Shown piece after piece: positions 22,314 through 33,878 of a DNA stretch of 64,000 bases. The DNA is from Macrostomum lignano (Eukaryota): contig NIVC01000567.1 in NCBI GenBank assembly GCA_002269645.1, positions 470,737 through 534,736 on the forward strand, in the 5' to 3' direction. Each line of letters opens with the position of its first letter. The first letter of the stretch is position 1. Position numbers and translations under genes: made by a program. The notes beneath the pieces were generated by a model, which saw only the letters and a program-made list of their open reading frames with translations, was not told the origin of the DNA and ran no database searches.

Positions 22314-25302
22314 TCACGATGAGGCACTCAGGAACCTGTGCCGAAGCAGCTCCGCAGTGTCCGCTCGCTTCCTCGGGTCATAGTCTACGCACCTGAGGTA
22401 GAAGTCCTTCAGGCCGGCTGAGAACCCGTCCGCAATCCGAGGCATCTCCTGCCTTCTATCCCTCAGAATGCCAATATTTACACTTGGCTGGTTCCTATCA
22501 GGAGGCTGCATGGCCGTCATCTCAAACACCGTGCAGCCGAAGGCCCACACGTCGGTCTTGGCTGAGTATGGAAGCGATTGGACTTCTGTGTCGAACAGCT
22601 CCGGAGCTATGAAGTAGGTGGTGCCTTTTGGACCGAAGCCTGTGCTCAGACCGCTGCTCTTCCCGACCTCCTTGGCCAAACCGAAGTCGATCAGCTTGAT
22701 GACGCCCTCGTTGGTGAGCATCACGTTGTTGCAGTTTATATCCCGGTGCAAGATGGCGCCCTCCAGATTGCAGTGCAGGAAGTTTAGACCTGAGCAGATC
22801 TGCAGATAAAGTTGCAACTATTAATTTTGGATGCCAACAAACTGATCCCACACTGATCCCACACTGATCTCACACTGATCCCACACTGATCCCTCACCGA
22901 TTCCACACTGATCCCAGGCTGATCCCACACTGATCCCACACTGATCCCACACTGATCCCTCACCGATTCCACACTGATCCCAGGCTGATCCCACACTGAT
23001 CCCACACTGATCCCACACTAATCCCATACTGATCCCACACTGATCCCACACTGATCCCACCCATTCCAGGCAATGCCAGGGAACCCAGAGACGCACCTGT
23101 CTGGAGAAGTCCCTGACCCCGGACTCCTTGAACGGCTTGTTCTGACGCTGCATCAGCTCAAAGAGGCTGTGACCCGAGACCAGCTCGGTGAAGATGTACA
23201 GCCCATCCGACTTCTGCTCGCACTTGAGGAACTGCACAATGTTGGGATGTGAAATTCGCTTGAGGATCTCAACTCCCCGCTTCTCCATCAGAATTATCTT
23301 CAGTTTCCCTGCAGCTTGCCTCGCATGGCTCAGTGGTAATTTTTTGACAGCCACCGTCTGGTTGCGGTCTGTGAGAGCCTTGTACACCTTGCCGAATCCA
23401 CCACGGCCGATGAGCTGCTTCTTGTTGTCCTGCCGGATGAAGTCCCAGTCGGTGAAGTTGGGGTCCAGCTGCTTCCTGACGCTGAGAACATGAGGTGAAG
23501 GAATTCGTTAAATTTTGTGTGGCTTGGGGCTTTCTGAGTACTTTGGAGTCACTCAGCCTTCTGCGTCACCACCCTTCTGCGTCCCCACCATTCTGCGTCA
23601 CCATATTTTAAGCGCGGACTCACCGAGTCTCCTCAGGCGGTTCCACCTCGGATGCCGAAGTCGGTCCAGGCGGCGGCTCGACGCGGTCCCGAGCTCGCGG
23701 GCGGGGACGCGGAGCTGCAGCTCTGTGGGGGCGAATGAGGGAAAATGTATGAGGGATTTTGCTAAATTTGTACTTAAATTCGACCTGAGTACGATGACTT
23801 AAATGACTTAAAGAGTAGAATGAAAGTATAACGATCTTTAAGCTACTCAAAATTTACTTGATCACTTTCTCCACTCGTTCTCTGGCTGCTGACAAATTAA
23901 ATGCTTTGTAGAAGTTCTCAGTCAGGACTCACCCAGCTGAGGCGGCAGTCGGCGCTGAGCTGCCAGCGGGAGGCCGAGAGGCTTCGAGCCGCCGCTGCGT
24001 GGAGGAAATCCAGGCCCGCTTTGCTGACCGGTCTGTGTAGCACCGCCGACTCTCAACAGCATCAGCCGGTGTTCTGCCCCACATGTTCATCAAGCTGAAC
24101 ATTTCGGCTCCGATTTGGTCAAAAATGAACTGAAGAGAGTCGACTGGCTGATGCTGAGCGGCCCAATGGACGACCGTGTCACCGTCTTTGTCAGGAACTG
24201 TGAGACAGTCGTTGCCGAGCTCCTTCACCAGCCACTTCAGATTTGAATTGTCAGAATTCATTGTAGCAATGTGAAATGCTGTTCTATCCCAGAATCCTTT
24301 CAGCCGAAAGCAGTCAGTTCCGATCTGTTTCTTGATCCACTCCAGCGACTCGACGCCCTGATGTATAGCGGTCAAATGGACGGCCGTGCTACCGTATCTG
24401 TCAGGAACTGTGAGACAGTCGCTGTCGAGCTCCTTCACCAGCCACTCCAAATTTGAACCTTCAGACTTCTGAGCAGCAAAATGAAATGATGCTGTACCAC
24501 TGTTTGACTTTAGCCGAAAGCAGTCAGTTCCGATCTGTCTCTTGATCCACTCCAGTGACTCGATGCCCTGATGCTTCTTGGCAAAATGGACGGCCGTGTC
24601 ACCGTCTCTGTCAGGAACTGTGAGACAGTCGCTGCCGAGCTCCTTCACCAGCCACTCCAAATTTGAATTGTCAGACTTCTGAGCAGCAATGTGAAATGCT
24701 GTTCTATCACTCTTTGTCTTTAGCCGAAAGCAGTCAGTTCCAATCTGTCTCTTGATCCACTCCAGCGACTCGATGCCCTGATGCTGAGCGGCCAAATGGA
24801 CCGCCATGTTACCATCTTTGTCAGGAACTGTGAGACAGTCCCTGCCGACTTCCTTCACCAGCCACTTCAGACAAGAGTTGCTTTTTCTGTTCCCAGCGGC
24901 AAAGTGAGCGACTCTCTTTCCCCATCTATCGACAATTCTCAAGCAACCTCGGCCTCCCTTCTCTTTAACCAGCTTCATCCAAGACTCGTCCTGATGCTGG
25001 GCTGCTAAGTGAACTGGAGTCTCACCCCTATCATTTCTGAATTTCAGACAGTCGGGTCCGAATCTGTCAATCAGCAGCTCCAGGCACGACGAACTCACCG
25101 GCTTGCAGGCCACGTGATGGACCAGCGGCATTTTGCGAAGCTCTTCAAAAGGAAAGTCTTGCTTGTCGAACCCGCCCACCTCCAGCTCGATGTTGCTGCC
25201 GACCTCACCGCACAGTCGCTGCAGCTCCTCGCTGTCTCCAGCCTCCAGTGTCGCTCTGAGCTTCCGCTCCATCTCCATGGATACACTCCAAGCGTTCCCC
25301 AT
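22314..25302 (-). CDS. Ankyrin-repeat + MAP3K19/STE11-like kinase-domain protein, copy 1 (779 aa; 10 ANK repeats)
   Basis: Exons 23933-25302, 23624-23722, 23097-23481, 22314-22799 (phases 2,2,0; stop TGA 22314-22316). 35-aa ANK repeats (e.g. DGNMAVHLAAQHQGIESLEWI). Kinase motifs GRGGFG, VAVK, HPNIV, HRDINCNN, IKLIDFG, APE, KTDVWAFGCTVFEM. Confidence 0.85.
22845..23062. repeat. 11-bp minisatellite (actgatcccac) in ankyrin-kinase copy 1 intron 3
   Basis: Homologous, longer array in copy 2 at 35078-35520. Confidence 0.93.
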
Positions 25303-25780
25303 GCTGGCTTCTCCTAGCAGCGCTTCTCTGCCGATCTTCTGTCTGCCGCAGCTGTTCCACACGGCTTCAGACTGAGTGCTTTGCTCTTCTTCAAGCGAAT
25401 TTGCCTGCCAGCTCAGCAGCAGCAGAAAAAGTCCCGCTGTCACGGACTGAAATCTCTGAGCTCTCCCTGTGCAGAGAAATTTGTTTAAATGGAGTTAAAC
25501 AATGAGAGCTCACTGTGGCTGCGTGCTCGGCATAGCAAGTGCATTGTCAGTGGGCAGGGGTGAAGGGACGGCAGCTGAGACACGAGGGGAGAGAGAGATG
25601 GAGAGGGGAGGGAGGGCAGGGCTGAGGCCTTGATTCAAGCAGAGTTCTGTGATCATTTTCAATTTAGTTTGCAGATGAGATGCATGGCAAATATTTTTCT
25701 GAAAATGCTTGACTGAGGATTTTTCTGTTGCTGAATTCAAATGAAAGGAAAATTCCGCTTGGGTTTGCCACTGACACTTT

Positions 25781-26240
25781 ACATCAGTATCTAACAGGTG
25801 AAAGCAGTATCTAACAGGTGACATCAGTATCTAACAGGTGACATCAGTATCTAACAGGTGACATCAGTATCTAACAGGTGACATCAGTATCTAACAGGTG
25901 ACATCAGTATCTAACAGGTGACATCAGTATCCAACACGTGACATCAGTATCTAACAAGTGACGTCAGTATCTTACAGGTGACATCAGTATCTAACAGGTG
26001 ACATCAGTATCTAACAGGTGACATCAGTATCTAACAGGTGACATCAGTATCTAACAGGTGACATCAGTATCTAACAGGTGACATCAGTATCTAACAGGGG
26101 ACATCAGTATCTAACAGGTGACATCAGTATCCAACACGTGACATCAGTATCTAACAGGTGACATCAGTATCTAACAGGTGACATCAGTATCCAACACGTG
26201 ATATCAGTATCTAACAGGTGACATCAGTATCTAACAGGTT
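25781..26240. repeat. 20-bp minisatellite (gacatcagtatctaacaggt), array 1
   Basis: About 23 copies. Confidence 0.96.
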
Positions 26241-26599
26241 GCCGGGCTCTTCTGCTAATATTTTATGTAATTTTCGTTTGAATTTGATTGTAAAAATTAC
26301 AATTCCGAGTTAGACAAAGCGAAATAAATATTGCAGGAGTAATGGCAATTCAAGTAATAAATATTAGAGGAAAGGAGGACAGAAGTAGAAAGTACTCGCA
26401 AAAAGAGCTGGAGACAGGTGTCAAAGTAAATCAATTTTAAGCAATTGAAAAAATTAAAACAATTCAACAATACAAATGAAAAATGATTACTAATACAAAT
26501 ATTTTAGAGGTGTAAAAAACTGTTTACGCGCTACAGTGCAAAGAGGAATATGGGATGATTAGCCAAACAAATAATATAAGTGGGGTATTTTTCATTGTA

Positions 26600-27760
26600 G
26601 TCAGTATGAGTCTTGAAAGAGGCAATGTTTGGGAAGCTGGGAGGAGGCCTATATCCCCAGCGAGGTCCTGAGATCAATATTTCAAGTTATTCATGGCTCT
26701 TTTGAGTTTGGTGGTAGCAGGGACTCTATGGTCGGCGGCCTGCTCCAATCTTTGAGGTCAAAGCTATGGAACCCTTTTGTGACTTTTTTATGCCATATTT
26801 TAACCAGGATCCATATTCCCTCTTTAAACCTGGGCATCTTGCTGGAATCATGCAGTAAGTAGCTGATTTTAGTGTACTTAGGCGCATCAAGGGAAATCCT
26901 GAGCTCCTGGTTTTGGAGGACCTGAAGTTAATTATGAAGTATGTAATGCCGCTCTCAGTGTAAGACCCGTGAATCAGTCTGAGCGCAAGTTAAGTTGGGC
27001 GATCCTGGTACTCCGAGCGATCCTTCTTATTGAGTTGAGCCTGGGCATTGTGATGCCAGCCGTTCTGGATAAAGTTGAGTACATCTAGGAAGACAGCAGA
27101 ATCAAAGTATTGGATGTCTTCCTGACCAGGTTTGATGGACGGCTTATCAAGACCTGTGATGTGCGTGATTTCCTTTAAACTTAAAGAGACAGGCTTGCTT
27201 TTCGCTGGATTGATAGTGATGCAAACGTCACCCAGCCATTTTTTCTATGTGATGAAGCAGCCATTGAGTCTCTATCGAGCTGACAAGCACAAGGAAGAGG
27301 AGTCGAGACAACACCCCACCTTGAGAGGAACGCCAGCAGCCGACTTGAAGGCTTCGCTGACAGCTCCACCTACCTGAATTCGAATTCCCTGTCGTCAAGG
27401 TAACTGGAAACTATATTCTGACCAATGTTGTGAGGAATGTCACATTCGAGAATCCTTTGCCTAAGATAGCTAGCAGCATGCCAGACGCCATCAAAGACGC
27501 ATAGTGACGTCAATGGTATTGTTTTTAAGCCTGGAGTATTTCCAGCACATCATCTGAGAGTCGCAATATGTTGTCGAATGTACAATGGTCTGCATTGATT
27601 ATTCCTTTGTTTTCAATTATGATTAGCAGATTTCTTGCAATTACCTTTTCATAGAGTTTACACAGGCAAGAGGCTAAACTAATTGGTCTGTAGCTAATTA
27701 TGTCAGTAGTAGGATCATTGCGCCCACGGTCATAACCTACCAGCACCTCCACTGACAAAC
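26600..27760 (-). mobile_element. Degenerate non-LTR retrotransposon (LINE) reverse-transcriptase relic
   Basis: YRPISLASCLCKLYEKVI (about 27640-27695) and a frameshifted GVP-QGGVLSRLLF (about 27290-27335) are non-LTR RT motifs; LRISLDAPKYT near 26870-26905; many stops and frameshifts. Boundaries approximate. Confidence 0.7.
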
Positions 27761-28445
27761 TGAGCTACAGAATCCTTATAATATTCTTAGTTCAAATGGG
27801 AATTACACACAAAATTATTGCACTGAAATACCAATCACATTTGATTTCAATTCATTGTCATTCATTGCAAGTTAAAAATTCGGGTGCTATTTGAGCTGAC
27901 AGCATACGAACTTAAGAATGCAATAAAAACTATGACTCGTGCTTTCGACTTCTTAGAAATCTGCCTCCCAGAGTGCTCAAAGCCGAGGCAGCTGAGCATT
28001 GCAGCTGCTGTGAAACCAGGATGTGAAATATTTCTGAATTAAATGAAAAATTCGTGGAAACACGAGCTATGCTGTTTAGTAGAAGACATGATTACATGAT
28101 TGAATCATTGAGTAGACAGTTCTGTACCGAATCACTCTGAGCAAAAGGTTTATATGCCACAAAAATTAAAATAATTGTATTTTAATGGCCATAAATAGGC
28201 TGTCTCAAACGATATCAATCTTAATTATTCAAAATTATACACAAAAGTTCATTTTTCCAGGCGAGTGCCGGCTTTTCTCACCTGCCTGCCGGAACTCGCT
28301 CTCTGCCGAGGCCAGGTAGTCCAACAGAGATTCAAGAATCAAATTGTAATCTTAGGCCCATGAATGAAGCTTAGAGTTAAGATTCTAATCTTAGAAGCAC
28401 AGCTCATCCTATAATAGTACAGCAATTACAGCAATACACAGCCAT

Positions 28446-28846
28446 GACATCAGTATCTAACAGGTGACATCAGTATCTAACAGGTGACATCAGTATCTAA
28501 CAGGTGACATCAGTATCTAACAGGTGACATCAGTATCTAACAGGTGACATCAGTATCTAACAGGTGACATCAGTATCTAACAGGTGACATCAGTATCTAA
28601 CAGGTGACATCAGTATCTAACAGGTGACATCAGTATCTAACAGGTGACAGCAGTATCTAACAGGAGACATCAGTGTCCAACAGGTGACATCAGTATCTAA
28701 CAGGTGACATCAGTATCTAACAGGTGACATCAGTATCTAACAGGTGACATCAGTATCTAACAGGTGACATCAGTATCTAACAGGTGACATCAGTATCTAA
28801 CAGGTGACATCAGTATCTAACAGGTGACATCAGTATCTAACAGGTC
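28446..28846. repeat. 20-bp minisatellite (gacatcagtatctaacaggt), array 2
   Basis: About 20 copies, same unit and orientation as array 1. Confidence 0.96.
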
Positions 28847-28994
28847 ACATCTGTGACAGAAGTTTAACAGACACGTCATGAAGTCAGACTTTGAGACTGA
28901 GACGGCATCCTCGAACAGATTTTTGAGAATGACAAAAGACAAACTGAGCAAATTTGGGGTTCGACTTTAGAGCCTTGCATTGAAGTAATTGACC

Positions 28995-29408
28995 CTTAAA
29001 CTCTCAGCAATTCCCCCATGACCTTTGATCTCTCAGCAATTCCCGCATGACCTTTGACCTCTTAACAATTCTCCCATGACCTTTGATCTCTCAGCAATTC
29101 CCCCATGACCTTTGATCTCTCAGCAATTCCCCCATGACCTTTGACCTCTCAGCAATTCCCGCATGACCTTTGACCTCTCAGCAATTCTCCCATGACCTTT
29201 GATCTCTCAGCAATTCTCCCATGACCTTTGATCTCTCAGCAATTCTCCCATGACCTTTGACCTCTCTGCAATTCCCGCATGACCCTAAAACTCTCAGCAA
29301 TTCCCCCATGACCTTTGATCTCTCAGCAATTCCCCAATGACCTTTGATCTCTCAGCAATTCCCCAATGACCTTTGATCTCTCAGCAATTCCCGCATGACC
29401 CTTGACCT
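28995..29408. repeat. About 28-bp minisatellite (catgacctttgatctctcagcaattccc)
   Basis: About 14 copies. Confidence 0.93.
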
Positions 29409-29469
29409 CTATGTTGTCACAAAGCGTTTTTGAAATTTCTTGAGAATCTTTGAAACTTTCTGGTAATTG

Positions 29470-30290
29470 GTGATAATCCTGTCTGTGATGGTGACAATCC
29501 TGTCTGTGATGGTGACAATCATGTCTGTGATGGTGACAATCCTGTCTGTGATGGTGACAATCCTGTCTGTGATGGTGACAATCCTGTCTGTGATGGTGAC
29601 AATCCTGTCTGTGATGGTGACAATCATGTCTGTGATGGTGACAATCCTGTCTGTGATGGTGACAATCCTGTCTGTGATGGTGACAATCCTGTCTGTGATC
29701 GTGACAATCCTGTCTGTGATGGTGACAATCCTGTCTGTGATGGTGACAATCATGTCTGTGATGGTGACAATCCTGTCTGTGATGGTGACAATCCTGTCTG
29801 TGATGGTGACAATCCTGTCTGTGATGGTGACAATCCTGTCTGTGATGGTGACAATCCTGTCTGTGATGGTGACAATCCTGTCTGTGATCGTGACAATCCT
29901 GTCTGTGATGGTGACAATCCTGTCTGTGATGGTGACAATCCTGTCTGTGATGGTGACAATCCTGTCTGTGATGGTGACAATCCTGTCTGTGATGGTGACA
30001 ATCCTGTCTGTGATGGTGACAATCCTGTCTGTGATGGTGACAATCCTGTCTGTGATGGTGACAATCCTGTCTGTGATGGTGACAATCCTGTCTGTGATGG
30101 TGACAATCCTGTCTGTGATGGTGACAATCCTGTCTGTGATGGTGACAATCCTGTCTGTGACCGTGACAATCCTGTCTGTGATGGTGACAATCCTGTCTGT
30201 GATGGTGACAATCCTGTCTGTGATGGTGACAATCCTGTCTGTGATGGTGACAATCCTGTCTGTGATGGTGACAATCCTGTCTGTGATGGT
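29470..30290. repeat. 21-bp minisatellite (gtgatggtgacaatcctgtct)
   Basis: About 39 near-perfect copies. Confidence 0.97.
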
Positions 30291-30439
30291 GTATTTAGGC
30301 AGTAAGGCATATTTCATGCATATTTCATTTGCAGCAAATGTATGGCTAAACTCCCAATAGCATTTGTCAAGAAAAAAATTTATGGGCAAAAAAATCGCTT
30401 ATGAAGCAGCTAAAAAATAGAATTTCATTCCTTAAGCAT

Positions 30440-30921
30440 GGAAGAAAGGAAGATGGAAAGAGGGAAAAGAGGGAAGAGGGGAAGAGAAGAAGAGGGGAAG
30501 GGGGGAGAGGGGAGGAAGGGAAGAGGGGAAGAGAAAAAACTGTGGAAGCAGCCGCAGCAAAAACAGCAGCAACAGCAAAGAAACACAGCAGCAACAGCGG
30601 AGAAACAAAGCAGCAACAGCGAAAACAGCAGCAACAGCAAAGAAACACAGCAGCAACAGCAAAGAAACACAGCAGCAACAGCAAAGAAACACAGCAGCAA
30701 CAGCAAAGAAACACAGCAGCAACAGCAAAGAAATAAAGCAGCAACAGCAAAGAAATAAAGCAGCAACAGCAAAGAAACACAGCAGCAACAGCAAAGAAAC
30801 ACAGCAGGAACAGCAAAGAAACAAAGCAGCAACAGCAGAGAAACAAAGCAGCAACAGCGGAGAAACAAAGCAGCAACAGCAGAGAAACAAAGCAGCAACA
30901 GCGGAGAAACAAAGCAGCAAC
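30440..30921. repeat. GA-rich tract plus 22-bp minisatellite (acagcagcaacagcaaagaaac)
   Basis: Abuts the donor of the talin-like pseudoexon. Confidence 0.9.
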
Positions 30922-30931
30922 TGAGACACAC

Positions 30932-31320
30932 CTGGCAAAACAACAGACCCTCCCTGTTGCCGAAGCTGACATCCGGCACATCAACGCATTTCTTCTCAAA
31001 GCACTGCTCAATGATGGCCTGTTGCTCTTCTCCATCACCATCAATGTCTTTGTACTTTTGCTTTTGAACAATCAGATCAACATAAGCGCTAATGAGTTTA
31101 GTGATGGAGTCGGCTTCGGAAATCTTATAGCCGTGATTGCTCGGTCAGAGTAGCCGCCAAAATCCAGAGTGAGTCCGTGAACAGTGGCTGCCCATTTCTT
31201 CACAGATGTGAGCGGCCATTTCTTTAGAATTTGTTTGGTCTTCTGGTCTACGCTGCAGACTCAGTGCTTGGATACACCGAATTAGCGGGGCACGAGTTTG
31301 TTCTCAGATGTCAGTTTCTC
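30932..31320 (-). pseudogene. Talin-like FERM F3 (PTB-like) exon, degraded orphan fragment
   Basis: Translates EKLTSENKLVPR*FGVSKH*VCSVDQKTKQILKKWPLTSVKKWAATVHGLTLDFGGYSD[frameshift]...EADSITKLISAYVDLIVQKQKYKD. This aligns by eye with talin EKMKGKNKLVPRLLGITKECVMRVDEKTKEVIQEW..IKRWAASPKSFTLDFGDY..EGEQIAQLIAGYIDIILKK. Stops at 31282-31284 and 31261-31263, frameshift near 31130-31145, flanked by cag acceptor and gt donor. Confidence 0.8.
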
Positions 31321-31340
31321 CTGAGGGGATGAGCACACAG

Positions 31341-31781
31341 ATAGAGACGAGTCCGGGAGTTCAGAACGACATTCTCAAAGCCCTGGCCTGCACCAGAGAG
31401 CCCTGGCTGCTCAATCGCTACCTGCTCTTTACGCTCGATGACGGGAAAATCCGCAGACAAGACGCCACTCTGGTCGTATCGAGCGTGGCCTCGAACCCTA
31501 TGGGCTTGCAGATCATGTGGGACTTTCTCAGAGACAGCTGGTCAAGCATCCAGGCACGGCAGGTCGGCATTTTCTCCTTGGCCCGGTACGCCTCCAGCTT
31601 GGGCGGCTTCAACTCGCCTGAGAGGCTTCGCGAGATCCGGGAGTTCCTGGCTGCCAACTCGAACAGCCTGGCCAGCGCTGTCCGCGCCTTCGACAACGCG
31701 TTTGAGTCGGTGAGGAACAATGTCCGGTGGATGACAGACTGCCTGCCAGCCGTTATGGACTGGCTGAACTCGCAGTCCTAG
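31341..31781 (+). pseudogene. Orphan C-terminal fragment of an M1 aminopeptidase (aminopeptidase N / ERAP1-C domain), reading frame intact
   Basis: ILKALACTREPWLLNRYL, IRRQDA, VASNPMGLQIMWDFLRDSW, ESVRNNVRWM are hallmark M1 aminopeptidase C-terminal motifs; ends in TAG. No catalytic GAMEN/HEXXH exons were found anywhere in the window. Confidence 0.75.
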
Positions 31782-32228
31782 TGCTGAGCGAGTGCTGACT
31801 GGACGATTGAATGCACAACCTCACATTTTATTTGTTCGATTGACCAATTTTACAGCGTCTAAATTGCACTTTTAGAGCACAAGGAACTGGTGGCATTCCT
31901 CACGTAAACGTATAGCCGAGCTTTTGCTGTCGGTAATTCCTGTAGCCTGTAACATAATGCTTTTTCAATTTTACTAAACATTTAAACAAAATTTACCTTC
32001 AAATCAGAGTTACGACGCGATCTTCCACACTAATCTCGACATCGGGTCCGGCCAGATGACCGAAGCTACAAGTATCTCCGACTCGTCCTTTGACGCCCGA
32101 GGTTACGGAAGTTGATCAGGTCGTGTCACAACAATATTCACTTTTATGTGGATAGACTAGTGGCTGAAATTAGCAAAGGTAACTTTGCTAAAAGTCCATT
32201 CAGGCACTGTCAGGCCGAGCTAAACACA

Positions 32229-32538
32229 AGACACAGAGCCAGACACAGAGCCAGACACAGAGCCAGACACAGAGCCAGACACAGAGCCAGACACAGAGCC
32301 AGACACAGAGCCAGACACAGAGCCAGACACAGAGCCAGACACAGAGCCAGACACAGAGCCAGACACAGAGCCAGACACAGAGCCAGACACAGAGCCAGAC
32401 ACAGAGCCAGACACAGAGCCAGACACAGAGCCAGACACAGAGCCAGACACAGAGCCAGACACAGAGCCAGACACAGAGCCAGACACAGAGCCAGACACAA
32501 AGCCAGACACAAAGCCCCAGACACAGAGCCAGACACAA
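32229..32538. repeat. 12-bp minisatellite (agacacagagcc)
   Basis: About 25 copies. Confidence 0.97.
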
Positions 32539-32577
32539 ACGGCTTGGGATAGGCATGCAGATCTGGCTGCATGCCTA

Positions 32578-32770
32578 TCCCTAACAGAAGACTCTCATGT
32601 CTAACAGAAGACTCCCATGTCTAACAGGAGACTCCCATGTCTAACAGGAGACTCCCATGTCTAACAGGAGACTCCCATGTCTAACAGGAGACTCCCATGT
32701 CTAACAGGAGACTCCCATGTCTAACAGGAGACTCCCATGTCTAACAGGAGACTCCCATGTCTAACAGGAC
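32578..32770. repeat. 20-bp minisatellite (ctaacaggagactcccatgt)
   Basis: About 9 copies. Confidence 0.95.
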
Positions 32771-33207
32771 ACAGCCATATCTAACACGCCAAGTGTGCAT
32801 TCAGTCTAAAACCACACCCCCACTCCCACTTCCCACCAAATCCTGTCCAAATAAAAGCAGAAATGCGATTTTATTCACATTTTCCTGCTCAAAACAGCGG
32901 CGCTCCGCTGAGGTGGCTGAGCAGCCCTCATGCCCCGCCATTGTCTCAGTTCAATGCAATGCGAAGCCACTGCAAACACTTATTTATGCACATTGCACAA
33001 TGCACTGAGTGAGCACAGACTCAAGTATCTGCCAGCATCATTGATGCAGCATCAGTTGTTCAAAAGAGACGCACAGAATGGCTGATGCTCGTTCGAACTT
33101 ACTTTTGTGCAGATGAAGCAACCAGCCGCACCACCCAGCCTCCAGGTGAGCAGATTGCTCAGCTGTCCACAGACTTCTCTGCGTCTCTCCGAGCTCGAGT
33201 CTCCCCC

Positions 33208-33221
33208 GTTGCCATGGCAAC
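33208..33221. promoter_or_regulatory. RFX X-box palindrome GTTGCCATGGCAAC
   Basis: Perfect 14-bp palindrome between the ankyrin-kinase copies. Confidence 0.5.
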
Positions 33222-33454
33222 TGGAGCAGCTCTGCAGCGTCTGTGCAGTTAAGGGCTCTGCACATCTCCTGCTCACTGCGTGAGGGGCCGAGCCGTGAGG
33301 CAGCCTCAGACCTCATGACACTCTGCAAGCCCTTTGAAAACAATGGCCAGCTTCACTGCATGCCTGCTTCATCAGCTCTGCCTTCCCCTCCTATTCTGTG
33401 CGTTGCATTGAGTGAGGCTCAGAAATGATGCTGCGAAATACTAAAATATGAAAT

Positions 33455-33878
33455 GGGACACAGCGGGTCACGGCAGGTCAGGACACAGCGGGTCACGGCA
33501 AGTCAGGACACAGCGGGTCACGGCAAGTCAGGACACAGCGGGTCACGGCAAGTCAGGACACAGCGGGTCACGGCAAGTCAGGATACAGCGGGTCACGGCA
33601 AGTCAGGACACAGCGGGTCACGGCAAGTCAGGACACAGCGGGTCACGGCAAGTCAGGACACAGCGGGTCACGGCAAGTCAGGACACAGCGGGTCACGGCA
33701 AGTCAGGACACAGCGGGTCACGGCAAGTCAGGACACAGCGGGTCACGGCAAGTCAGGATACAGCGGGTCACGGCAAGTCAGGACACAGCGGGTCACGGCA
33801 AGTCAGGACACAGCGGGTCACGGCAAGTCAGGACACAGCGGGTCACGGCAAGTCAGGACACAGCGGGTCACGGCAAGC
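33455..33878. repeat. 25-bp minisatellite (caggacacagcgggtcacggcaagt)
   Basis: About 17 copies. Confidence 0.97.

Noticed and set aside
25303-25443. Upstream in-frame extension of ankyrin-kinase copy 1 (GTG start at 25443)
   Set aside because: No ATG before 25302, and the homologous region in copy 2 is not in frame with its ORF; treated as 5' UTR.
28860-28960. Short coding-like stretch (LSFVILKNLFEDAVSVSKSDF on the minus strand)
   Set aside because: Too short, with no convincing splice pair or family motif.
25781-30290. CRISPR-like appearance of 20-28-bp repeats
   Set aside because: Units are head-to-tail with no unique spacers, the context is eukaryotic, and there are no cas genes.
33140-33165. 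Peptide GEQIAQL identical to a talin F3 motif
   Set aside because: Surrounding residues do not align with talin; a 7-aa match is likely coincidence.
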